In this document: positions 1 through 12,500 of the stretch, piece by piece | Layout: each line of letters starts with the position of its first letter | Position numbering within the stretch: the stretch's first letter is position 1 | Source: Paraspadella gotoi | Lineage: Eukaryota > Animalia > Chaetognatha | Length of the DNA: 64,000 nucleotides | Assembly (NCBI GenBank): GCA_051294375.1 | Contig: JBJCIZ010000239.1 | Location: forward strand, 4,407,834-4,471,833 | Direction: 5' to 3' | Notes under the pieces: generated by a model | Database searches by the model: none | What the model saw: only the letters and a program-made list of their open reading frames with translations | Told to the model about the DNA's origin: nothing | Program-made: the position numbers and the translations under genes

Positions 1-2622
1 TCCTCCGGATCGTAGAGCGCCGTTTGAGCGGATAGGGCGCCGTCGCCGGTAACGCCGCCGACGAGGACGAGCCGATTTCCGGCGTCGCCCGAAATCGGAG
101 TGAGGCTGTGATGGCAGAGGCCGAAGGGGGCGCCGGAATTGACGAGGCGTTGCCAGGAGGAAGGGGAGGAGGAGGAGGAGGAGGAGGAGGAGGGGAGATC
201 CAGGAGGAAGAAATCGTCCAAGATTTGATCGTCGCACAGACCGGCGTGGATAAAGACCTTAATAATAATGAATAATAAATCAATAATTAGTAATAAATAA
301 ATAAATAAATACTGAATAATTAATAAATAAGTGATAACAATCTTTTAAACTTCTTCTAATCATTAAGGCGGTCTAAATTTTTTTTATTTTTTAGAATTTT
401 AAAAAAAATTTATCCATCTATTATACTACTAAATCTATTTGTACCAATACCTTTGAAGTTTATTGTTGGTACTAGCATAAGTTTTCTATATAATATTATG
501 GTTAAAATTGTTATTTAAAAATTTAATTATGTTTCTAAAAGAATATATATAAACACAAAAAAATGGCATAATTCTGCCATCATTAATTTTTTAGGTTTAT
601 CAATCAATCAATTAATCAAATCAATCAACTATGGTGGACTAAAATCCACCAACCGTTCATCAGCAGCCATTGGTGCCGGAGGCAAGTCATTCGCCTCCCA
701 ACTCAAAGATCCGGGGTTCAAGCCCAGTGGTCGTCTAGCAGTTAAGAGGGACGGGGTGCTTAACTCGCCTGTAACATGGTGTTACAGCCTGATCCGAAGC
801 TCAGGGACTGCTTATATTGAACGGTTCTGTCACTAACACATAACAATAATTACTGTCTCTTCACAACCTTGTTCTTCAATTTGGCGACGGCGAAATTTGC
901 TCTCGGCGAGGGTGGCGTGCCAACCGTTGGGTGAGCTCGAAAAGAATTTTCCCTTTTATCGAACTCCAGAAGCTGATTGGTCAGATAGAAACGACGAATC
1001 TTCGATGAACGCAACCAATCACCGTCTCGGATTTCACCCTGAATCGCGCGTTTCAAGGGGGGAATTCTTTCAATATGAGCGAAAGTTTTATAAAGTACAG
1101 TTAAATTACTTTTTTGTAGTTTTGCTTTAGGGTTTTGTTTTTTTTTATTCAAAAAATGTTAATTTTAAATTTAAAGTCGTACAAAAATTTATTAACTCCA
1201 TAAAATTGTTAAGAAAGAGCTCGTGGCGGTATTATATCACTCTGTCTCACATACAATTTCATTCATCCAATCCCAATGGCTTAGTGGGGAAAGGCACCAT
1301 CCCAACAGTAGATTCTACCGATAGTCCAAACGACATTTTGGCTCTGTTTTTTCAGAGAACCGCGTTCATGTTTCTTTATCAAAAAAATTAATTTTAATTT
1401 TAGAAAGGAGTTAAATAAATATTGATTTATTTACAACAACAATGGTAGGGTTTTAAAAGGTAAATAAATCTATATTTAATTTACTCTCGTCTAATCTCAA
1501 GCGCAACAAACTGTAAGAAATTATACAATTTACAACCTCATCCTATACCCTTAACCTTTGTCCCTAACTTCTAACTAACCCCCTAACTTCTAACTAACCC
1601 GAATTCCTAACCATAATATTAACCCTAATCCTTAACCTTAATCAATAACATAATCCTTTGACTAATCCCTAATATTAACGTAATCTTAAACTTTAAAAAA
1701 CCCATAAATTTAAGTTGAAATGGGGCGTTCTAGAAAAATAAGGCTTTTAAGGTCTCTAACGCCAACAGGTGAGATAACCCTGTAGCAAGTTCACCCCGCC
1801 TTGTGACCCGGTGGCTCATCGAGTTATACCATCAGCTCAAGACCGTAAGGACGGCCATAAACCGCTCGAGGGAGCCTGGAAAACCCTCAAGACCCGTTCC
1901 ATAGCTGCCAGAGGGGGGCTCAGAAGTTCTGGATAATAGTCTTCAAGCCAACCTCACGCCTTATCCACAACCTTACTCTGCCCACGCAACCTGCCGTTAT
2001 TATCACCTCACCTTTTTCGGCTTGAGCCCGATTCCACCAAAGTAGAATAGCTTGCCGTTGTGGCCGAAGCCTCGATGCTCTCGTCTCGGTGAAGGCATCT
2101 TGCCGCTCGGGTTGAACTTTTTAAATTCACCTTTGGACGACATGGAAAAGAGTTCGTTGGTCGGATTGTTGCCGCCGAGTTCCCCGCCAAAGATGTGAAG
2201 GGTATCCGACTAAGGGTATGGGGAGGGCGAGGGGAAAAGAAAATACTTATTTGTAATACTAATTTACAATTACTCGATCTAATACTTAAGGGGTACCTTT
2301 ATACTACTTTTGAAAAAAAGTGTATAAAAACTTTGTACCGTTTTATTGTGAGAGAAGCCTGGTACTCTGGGAAATAATAAACTAAACTGTGGGGGGGGAC
2401 TGTGATTAAATGCTTGCAGAGTTATTATGTTATTATATTGTAAGAGGGATGAAGGACTTAACCCAATTAGCCTGTCTAAAGGCAGGAGGAAATATCGCTT
2501 ATTTATTGAATGAATGGTTAATTTTAATTATAATTGTACTGATTTCATGATTGGGTTAACCGAATATATTTGAAGTCAGATTCGTCCCATATGATAAAAA
2601 TAATAATAATAATAATACTTAC

Positions 2623-2673
<51 letters not shown>

Positions 2674-2994
2674 TAATAATAATTAATAACTATGGTAAAT
2701 AAAAATTATAATAAATAACAATAATTCAATACATAATGAGATGAATAATAGTAATGAAAACCAATTAACTACACATTAAACATTATCTGTTACTTACCTC
2801 CACGCAAGATGCCGCGTATGTCAAGGCTGGCGGTTCGTCGCCCGTTGCCTCCACACAACGCCATCCCAACGGTTTCAGCTCCAGAAAAAAAACGACTTTC
2901 CACGGGAGGTAAGGCAGAGAATTGTCGGGTCTACGCTGCGCCCCTGACCACACTGCGAGTCGGCCGTCGAGGAACCCGGCCACGAAGCCGCTTC
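1..2994 (-). CDS. Kelch-domain exons (KLHDC1/KLHDC2-like)
   Basis: Exons 2798-2994 (GSGFVAGFLDGRLAVWSG...YLPWKVVFFLELKPLGWRCVEATGDEPP), 2012-2209 (DTLHIFGG...PSPRREHRGFGHNGKLFYFGG), 868-1038 (GTPPSPRANFAVAKLKNK) and 1-257 (VFIHAGLCDDQILDDFFLLDL...GLCHHSLTPISGDAGNRLVLVGG) follow the blade order of KLHDC2 as I recall it. Confidence 0.85.
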
Positions 2995-5900
2995 CTACGA
3001 ACGTGAGAAAAATGAAAAAAAAAATATATAAAAGTACAAGTAGATTTATCAAAACTTTAAAAACAATTATGGAGTATGAATTAACAATCGTTTTATACTT
3101 CAAGCGAAAGACTAATATCGCTGGAAATATAACCAGCAAAGGACAAGCTGTTGTGAGGTAATGACTGGAAATTAAGCACAAATATAATACATATTTAATG
3201 GAAAGCATTTGCAGTAACTTACCTTTCCATTAAGTAAGAAAATAATCGATGCTGTATTACCTAAATTATGATAATTTAAAACGTTTAATACGACCAACAG
3301 ACAGACCGACCCGACCAACGAAAAGAACACCCCCCCCAAGCTTACCGACAGGCCAGGTTTTGATCAAATCATCGGCGTAAGTCTCCAGCGCTGTCGGCGT
3401 TGGAATAGGAGGCGATGAGAAAACTCTAAAGTAAACTTCTTCTTCTTCTTCTTCTGCTTCTTCTTCTTCGGCTTTATCATCAGCCTCTCTGTTATCCAAT
3501 TGCGTGGAAGATTTGCTTGAGAGAATCGAAGGATCTGAAGAGTCGCTGGTGACGTTGTCGTCCGCAATTTGAGCGGTTTCGTTATTCGTGGTGAAAGAAT
3601 GATCGTTGTCGTCCTTTTCTCGTTTCACATCTTTGTCAGTTTCGTTGTTTTCGTTGACGTTTTGTTCGAGCGCGTTGTTATTGCCATCTTGTTTCTCGGG
3701 CGTAATGCATTTGTTCGTTTCAGCTGAGCTCATGTAGACCGGTTCGATATGTACAGAATCTTGTACAAGGTCTTTTTTTGTCTCATCGGGTTTGGTTTGA
3801 ATAATGTCTTCCGGATGAAGATTAAAAATTGCATCATCATTTGCGGAATTTATTTCGCGGAGCTGATACTCTGAAAATTTTTTGAAAATTTAATTGTAAA
3901 ATGTAAAAAAGCAATAGAAGAATACACATAATTCGCTAAAAGTAGGTGTGGACATTAACTGAAGAAATAATAAAAAAAAAAAAAAAACTTTCAAAAAAAT
4001 TTAGAATAGAGATATAAATTTAAACAAATGAGCAACGTTGACATTATTTAAAATACCTTCATCTAGATTTTCTTCCTCCACTTCTTCATTGTCCAGTTTC
4101 TCTTCATCTTTAGGAGACTCTGGTTTTAATGGCTCCAATTTCTTTGACTCCTGTTGGTCGTAATTTTTCTTTTCAATTTCTTTTTCCTCATTGGATAGAA
4201 CCTCGGTTATTTTGGTAGCATCTTGTTCATCTTGGAAATCAAAATTAAATATTGGGCCTTCGTGGGATGCATGCATACTATCGCAAAGTTGATGCTCTGA
4301 AATGAAATGAAAGAATTATTGACATGATTTTATTTGAAACAAACAAAAATTATTGAAAGAATGCCCTTATTCTTTATAAATTGCTGACTAAATATTTCAA
4401 AAGGACCAAGAGTCTGAAATATCTTAAAATAAAGAGCAATACTAATTATTAGGCATAAAGATACTAAATGTCTGACTATGATTTAAAAAAATATCTAAAC
4501 GATACATACCATCTTCAAAAGCTTCTTCCACATCTTCGTCCAATTCTTCTTTCCGAGAGTTGATTTGTACATTTTCAATAAATTTGAGATCTTCACTTGG
4601 AATAATTGTACTTTCCAGATGGTGTTCTGTAATCAAGAAAGAAACTATACCGTATCAATCAGTCAGATTAGTTTATATAAAAAGTAAGATAATGAAGAAA
4701 AATTGATTTGAAATCTACAAAATTTAAATATAAGAGGACAGATTAAAGAATAAAAACAAAATTCGTGTCACTTACCTTCTGAATTTCCTTCTTTCTCTTC
4801 TTCCTCCTCCAATTTGTTAATATAATATATTCCATTCATTGTCTTAAGCTTCTCCTTGTTCTTCTCATTTTCTATTTTTTCAATTTCTCTTTCATCTTTG
4901 TTTTCCTCTTTATTTCTCTCAGAGTCTGTCATAACTGATGGAACTGCGCTTTTTTGAGAAATGTTTTCTTCCCTTGAAATAATTGGTGTTATTTTTGTGG
5001 CCTCTTTTGAAGGATTGGCTTTATCAATTACTACCATGGGCGTGATTATTACCGTGACGTCTGAATTTTCTTTTGCGCCTTCAAACTTTTCATTGGAGAA
5101 TTGAAAATTATTTTCCAAATGATAATTGTAGATTGGCTCTTCATCAGGCTCATGTACGGATTCTAAGAGTTGAAAATCTGAAAGATCAACACAAATTTAT
5201 CATAGGTTAAAGAATATATTAAAGTTGGGCAAAAAATGGATAAAGAAATTAATCTCGAGTAAAATTAAATTAATTTGAATTTGATTAAAAATACGACATG
5301 AATTACGGCAATTATTTTATTAATTATTTCTTAATTACCTTCAAGCATTTCCTCTTCCAACTCTGGCTCATCAATGTCTTCATCCAACTTATTTTCTTTA
5401 ATATTTTTATTGTTCTCTTTTTTATTCTTTTCACACTCATCGTTGATCTTCAATGCAGCTTTTTCCCTCAATGGATAATCTTCTGACGAGAGATAAGAAT
5501 CGGAAAAAGTTGCGCTTTCAGAGTCGGACAGTTCAAAAAATTCACTGCTCTCCGATTGGACGGAAGGTGTGGTCGATATTATAGGTTCACTGGGCAAAAC
5601 CACTGCATCTGTTGGTGCTTCTCTATTAGGAACCTCCGAGACTTTTTCACTCAAAGGATAAATGACATTGTCAACATTTTTTGGATCGTAAAACTCTTTC
5701 TCTGCTCTGCTCTCCGATTGGACAGAAGGTGTGGTCGATATTATAGGTTCACTGCGCAAAACCACTGCATCTGTTGGTTCTTCTCTATTAGGAACCTTCT
5801 CCGGGACTTTTTCACTCAAAGGATAAATGACGTTGTCAACATTTTTTGGATCGTAAAACTCTTTCTCTGCTCTGCTCTCTGATTGGACGGAAGGTGTGGT

Positions 5901-8900
5901 CGATATTATAGGTTCACTGCGCAAAACCAATGCATCTGTTGGTGCTTCTCTATTAGGAACCTTCTCCGGGACTTTTTCACTCAAAGGATAAATGACGTTG
6001 TCAAAATTTTTCGGATCGTAAAACTCTTTCTCTTGACTGGGAGAAAGCAAGTCCTCAACTTTAAGCGGGCCAAATTGGATTTCTTCTTCCAATGGAGCTA
6101 GCCCAATATCATTCTTATAATCTGAACAAAATATTCCATTAACCTCTGTTGGTGCAGTAACAAATAGAGATGGTGAAGCATCTTTGAAATAATTCGTCAA
6201 CAATGGAGCCTTGTTTGTTTTGTTCACGGCTTTAAGGATCGGATAATCTAAAAGTAGAAAAATAAGGTATAAAATTGGCATTACCAATACAAAAATTATT
6301 CATTCATTCAATAGACAAACTATATTGCGAGAGTCAATGGTAGGTTAAGACTTCATCCCTCTAACACGGTAACAACATAGCAATACCCTGCAAGCTTTCA
6401 ATCACAGCATAGTTTTTTAACTTGTCTTCCCTTTCAGTGAAGTGATATAATATTTTCAAAATGTTTCAATTACAAAAAAAAAGAACCCCTACCTTAATTA
6501 AAAAAATAATATTTAGAAGTTATTAAATCATTACCGTCTTTTAAGAGTATTTCCTCTTTTTTATCCGCTTCATCCGTTGGCAACTTTAATACGACCTCAT
6601 TATCATTTGTCTTTCGCTTCTTCTTGTCTTCTTTCTCATCCGCATCATCTCTCTCTTGCTTCCGTTTTATTCCATCTTTTTCTTCCTCTTGCTCGTCTGC
6701 TTTCTTCTCTTTTTCATCGTTTTCCACATTTTTTTCATCTTGGATCTTTTCATTTTCCTTCTCAGTATTTTTCTCATTCTCCTGCACATCGCTTTTCTTC
6801 TCATCTTTCTTCAGTTCTTCTTTTGTCACCTTTTCATCATCTACTTCTCTTTTCTCCCCTGAATCCTCTATCTCTTTATCGTTCTCTTTTATTTTTGCGC
6901 TTTCCTGCTTTGCTTTCTCTTTCTTTACAATAGGGATTTCTGTTTCCATGTCAAAGTTCTCTTCCTTGTCTTGATCTTCTTTCTTCTCTTTGTCCTCAAT
7001 CTTGTCTTTGACTGTTTCCTTCTCATCATCTTTCATTTTTGTACTTTCTTGCTTCGTTGTCTCTTCCTTCGTGATTGGGATTTCCGTTTCCATGTCAACA
7101 TTCTCTTCCTTGTCTTGATCTTCTTTCTTCTCCTCTTTGTCCTCAATCTTGTCTTTGACTGTTTCCTTCTCATCATCTTTCATTTTTGTACTTTCTTGCT
7201 TCGTTGTCTCTTCCTTCGTGATTGGGATTTCAGTTTCCATGTTAACATTCTCTTCCTTGTCTTGATCTTCTTTCTTCTCCTCTTTGTCCTCAATCTTGTC
7301 TTTGTCTGTTTCCTTATCATCATCTTTCATTTTTGTACATTCTTGCTTCGTTGTCTTTTTCTTCATGATTGGGATTTCCGTTTCCATGTCAACAATCTCT
7401 TCCTTGTCTTGATCTTCTTTCTTCTCCTCTTTGTCCTCAATCTTGTCTTTGTCTGTTTCCTCATTATCATCTTTCATTTTTGTACTTTCTTGCTTCGTTG
7501 TCTCTTCCTTCATGATTGGGATTTCCGTTTCCATGTCAGCATTCTTTTCCTTGTCTTGATCTTCTTTCTTCTCCTCTTTGTCCTCAATCTTGTTTTTGTC
7601 TGTTTCCTTCTCATCATCTTTCATTTTTGTACATTCTTGTTTTGTTGTCTCTTCCTTCATGATTGGGATTTCTGTTTCCATGTCAACATTCTCTTTCTTG
7701 TCTTGATTTTCTTTCTTTTCCTCTTTGTCCTTTACATCCTTTGTTTCCTTATCATCAATTCCTATTTTCTCCCTTTCAGCCTTTACTTCTTCTTGGTCCT
7801 TCTTTATTTCCTTCTCCTTTTCATCATTTCCCAATTTGTCCAACTCAGCTTTTACTTCTTCTTTGTCCTCCTTCTTTATTAACTTTTCATCATTTCCCAC
7901 TTTGTCCAACTCAGCCTTTACCTCTTCTTCGTCCTCCTTCTTTATTTCCTTCTCCTTTTCATCATCCTCTTCTGAATCCGTATCGTCGGTTCCATTAAAC
8001 TCATAGTAAGGCCTTTTCTCTTCTCTCTTTAGCCTTATTTCTTTCTTCATATCATCCAGAAGATAATCCAACCATCCCCGATACCAGTTGTTGAGTCGTA
8101 CTCTCCAATCGTTGTAGAGAGTCGGGAAATCCTAGGAAGATTAAAATTTAAAATTTTTTACTAAAGAAATTAAAATTGATTCTATCAGTTGTAGAAGTCT
8201 ATATTTTACTATTTTTACCTATTATTTATTTAGTTTAAAGATTATTACCTTAAACAACTTCCCTATGATTTTCCTCAGCATCCATTCAAAGTTTGTCTCA
8301 TACCTAAGCAAAATTCGTAGTGTATGAAATTTATTTCTTTACTCTTTCTGAATATTGATTCAATGATATAATAATGAATATATCAATTTATGAACTTTTT
8401 TAGTGAATATAATTATCAATATTCACTAATAGTTCATTAATTTACTTTTTATTAAGATATTTAATTTTAAGTAACTAAAAATTAAATTAATAAATCTGAA
8501 AACAATTTTTTTGGATCTATTCAACTCTTTTTAAATATTCTCGTCATTCTTATCATTTTATTATCACTTTAATGTTATTCTTATCATTATTCATAGTTAT
8601 ATTCATCATGATATCATTATTTCATTACGTTCTTTTATTATTTTAGATGCCAGTACAAGCAATTTTCTCATTTTACGTCATGTTTTATATTCATTCGTTC
8701 GTTAAGTTTCTTGAAGCACCTCGTCCGTCCGACTTGGTTGGTCGCGTCATAAACGACGAGCCCTTTGACGATGTGATCGTAAGTCTCGAGGAAGAGAAGA
8801 TTGGCTTCGAGGATTTCCGGGTCATTCACCGTCCGTTTGACGACGTACGACAAGAAGGGGACGTCGGCTTTTTCAAATACTGGCACCTGGGGGGGCGGAG

Positions 8901-9496
8901 GAGGAAAGAGAAAGGAGAACGTATAGCGAGTGTTACAAAATCCGGTTCTATATATTTGAATCGGTCATTGACCTCGAGTAAAAATAAAACTTGTTTCGGC
9001 GGGTTTGATGATTTATTTTTTATACATTATTTATTAAAATCACTTTACAAATTACAAATCATTTCTATCGAATCGGTTCAACCAATTTAAAAATTATCTA
9101 TTTATTAAACGAAAAAGGTATCTTGTCCCTGATTTTGGACAGGCTTTGGTGGTTTAAGGCCTCTTACAGGGTAATGACATAAGAGGACCCTGCAAGCTTT
9201 CAATCAAGACTCTTTCTCAGTTTTGTTTATTCACTCCCGGTGCGCTTTGCTTGCATAATGTATCAATCAAATATTGTGGTGGCTCAAAAATAACAATTGA
9301 AAAGAGAAAACATATATTAACGAAAAACAGTAAAAATCAAAAAGGTAAAAATAACAACAACGACAAATACGTATTTGCATTGGCTGAAAAAGGTCAGCCA
9401 TCACAAGGTCATTCTGTTTGGATAAGAACGGTCTTTCTTACTGACCACTACGGGTCACAGAGTACAAAGACTTTGTCGTCGTCTTCGTTGTTATAT

Positions 9497-9531
<35 letters not shown>

Positions 9532-12500
9532 TCTGTTCGATCATTTGAGCTCCCAAAGTATATTATTTCAACGAATGTTTTAGAGAATAAAATCTAGTAT
9601 AAAAAAGAGTAAGATATACGCTAAAAAATAACCGCGTAACATCCTCAGTGGAAGTAAAAGAATTAAAATGAAGACAAATTTAAAAAAAAAAAAATTGTTA
9701 CTTTTTTTTTTCGTATTCTTTCTGCAATGCACTCCATTATAAAATTAACCATTTTCATAATTTGAATACCTATTCATCTAGAATGTTCCGAATCATAGCA
9801 AAAGGACAATCAACCCATCCAGTTTTTTTTTTATTCTAGAACAACAAAAAAATAATCGCCCACGTAGCTAATCGCAGCAAGAATTGAAAACTTGTTTCGA
9901 ATGAAAACACCTTTTTTTTCTCCAGAGGAGATGAGATGTTTTCCTCGCGAGAATGAAGCAACACATCGGAATTTTAATCGGAATTCAGAGGAGAAACTGG
10001 AAATTGAGGTCGACACGGCTCGAGTTAAAATTACTTTAAGTGTCGTAAATAGCTAATTTTAAAAAATTAATGAGTTGAAGAGACAGTGATAATTGTTATG
10101 AGTTGGTGACAGAACCGTTCATATAAAGCAGTCCCTGAGCATCGGATCAGCTGTAACACCGTGTTACCAGGAGGGTTAAGCGCCCCGTCCCTCTTAACTG
10201 CGAGGCGACCACGGGGCTAGAACCCCAGACCTTCGGGTTGGGAGGCGAATAGCCTGCCTCCTGCACCAACGGATTTTAGTCCACCATAGAGTAAACGTTT
10301 TACTGGCGAACAAAATCTCAAATTCAAAATGAAATCACTTATTACAATTTAATGACTAATTGAAACAATAAATAAGGAAGGATGAGTGTTACTATAAGCT
10401 ACATTTTGGGATTCGAAATAGTTAAAGTATTTTGTGTAAATAATAATCTTAATCTTAATAATAATCCTCTCTATTTTAAATACTTATTTTTATGAAATGG
10501 ATGTCTGGAAACCAAAAAGTTTATTCTACTACATCGTCGACTCCTGATTGGTCGAGACGAGCGCGGCTTGGAAATTCTAGCTTTGATTGGTCGAGAAAAA
10601 AAAACAGCGCCCCGCGACTCAGACATTGCAGGTGTGTTGAGAACCACAAAAGAATTTAGACGCCGACGTAATTAACGCAATTAAAGCAAAAAACCAGAAT
10701 CGTTTTTTTGCGTCAAACGAAGAAAAAAAAAAACAGAAAAAAAATTGCAAAAGTTGGAAAGATGAAAAACAGTTACGGTAATTACAAACCGCGTTAACTT
10801 TATACAAATAGGACAAATTACTTTTTGTTATTTATTAGCTTCGGAATTCTTGATTGTATTATCTGGTATTATAGATACTGAAAGATCTTAAAGCCAAGCC
10901 GTTTGATGGGACGAGTATGTTGCAACAGTAAGTTTTTTTTATCCTGCTGCGATCACGTAGTTATCTTCGCAGGGAATTTTTCAGTGAATAATATCAAACT
11001 GATAAGTATTAATCAAAGTAATCGAATATTATGACAGTCAACTGCACCAATCAACGACCAAATGTCTAGTAAAGTCGCATCGTAAATATTTGGACATTAT
11101 TTGCGTTTTAGACGGAATAATGGATAGAGTCGCTTCGCGAATATTCGCGACTCAACTTAAAATTTCGAGGTCGTTAAAACAAAACGAGTTTTGAGCGTCT
11201 TCATTCTGGCTACATTTTATAAGAGGCTGAAAGAGAGCTCTGGTAGGCGGGAGAGATATACGTGGATGTCACTATTTACTTTATTTATGTATCAGATAAT
11301 GGGAGTGGTCATTTCCTTCAATAAGAGGAATAGAAGAAAGCCATGGTGTCCCAAAGTCAATAAACTGGACTGTCTTGACTGAAAGATTGTAGGGTTTTTC
11401 CATGTTATTGGCTGGAAAGAGAGATGAGAGGCTATCCCGGCATGACTAGACCAAAGGAGGCAACATATCTTAATTATTAAACGAATCAATTACGTTTATA
11501 TTAGTTGTATCATTTTCATGCCTCTCATGCAAGCAAATTTGTCTGGGAGTCAGTAATCAAGAATGTCAGAGAGTTTTTTTGTAAAAAGCTTGGAGAGATC
11601 TGCTTTGCAAATATATTGTAACAAGGGAAGTAGGTCATAATCCACTATAGTCACTCATTATAGTCAGTCCAAAGTCAGGAAGCAAGAGATATTATATATA
11701 TGTATCATAAAATATATCGAGGTACTTTGGGAGTGAAAGAGTCTTGATTAAAAAATCGAGGGGTCCAAATTCAGGGACAAGATAGCTTATTCCTCAAATT
11801 AATGAATAATTTTATATTGGTTGTGCCAATTTAATAGTTGAATATTATATAATCTTTATTAAATTTATTTTTAATTTCTTTTCTTTTCTGACAAAAGAAA
11901 GAATCAAGCTGGAAGATCATTACTTCTGAAAACGGACTAAACAAAGGAGAAAGTGTATACTGTATAAGCAATATGGTTCCTCTCCCCATGCTGAATCAAC
12001 TCATCGCTACCATTCCCGAAATGCTCACCTCGGGATCTCCATGCTTGGCCAAAGTCTTGTATCGCAGGTAACCTTCCAGCAATTCCTTGTTATTCCGACT
12101 CCAGGATTTCCAAAGATCAGAATCGTTCCATTCTTGACGGGTAACGTTAGAGAGATGTGCCTGCGATGAAGGACAATGAAGAATATAAATATAAATAATA
12201 ATAATAGGGCGCTCTGGTTGTAATAATAATAATAATAATATAAATAACGTTGGAGTATCCACCAGAGGAATCCCGCGTGGGAGGAATCCCGTGTTGGAGG
12301 AATCCCGAGTAGGAGGAATCCCGCGTAGGAAGAATATCACAGCCACCTCATCATGTCTATCATACCTTTATCATTTTTATGCTTACCCTGACTTACCATC
12401 TTCTATAGAAGACAATCAAAGTTTATACAAATAATGAAGTTGTCTGGTACATACTTTTTGCAACCTAACCCTTTGTCTTCTATTCATATCTCCCGTATTG

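Noticed and set aside
665-735. Genuine tRNA gene
   Set aside because: No convincing cloverleaf acceptor stem, and it is embedded in a multi-copy 230-bp repeat, so it is treated as a SINE head.
5298-8006. Plus-strand hydrophobic Phe/Leu/Ser-rich ORFs
   Set aside because: Antisense shadows of the Glu/Lys-rich minus-strand exons.
9365-9595. Extra coding exon of the kelch gene
   Set aside because: Stops in all three minus-strand frames; phases already match without it.
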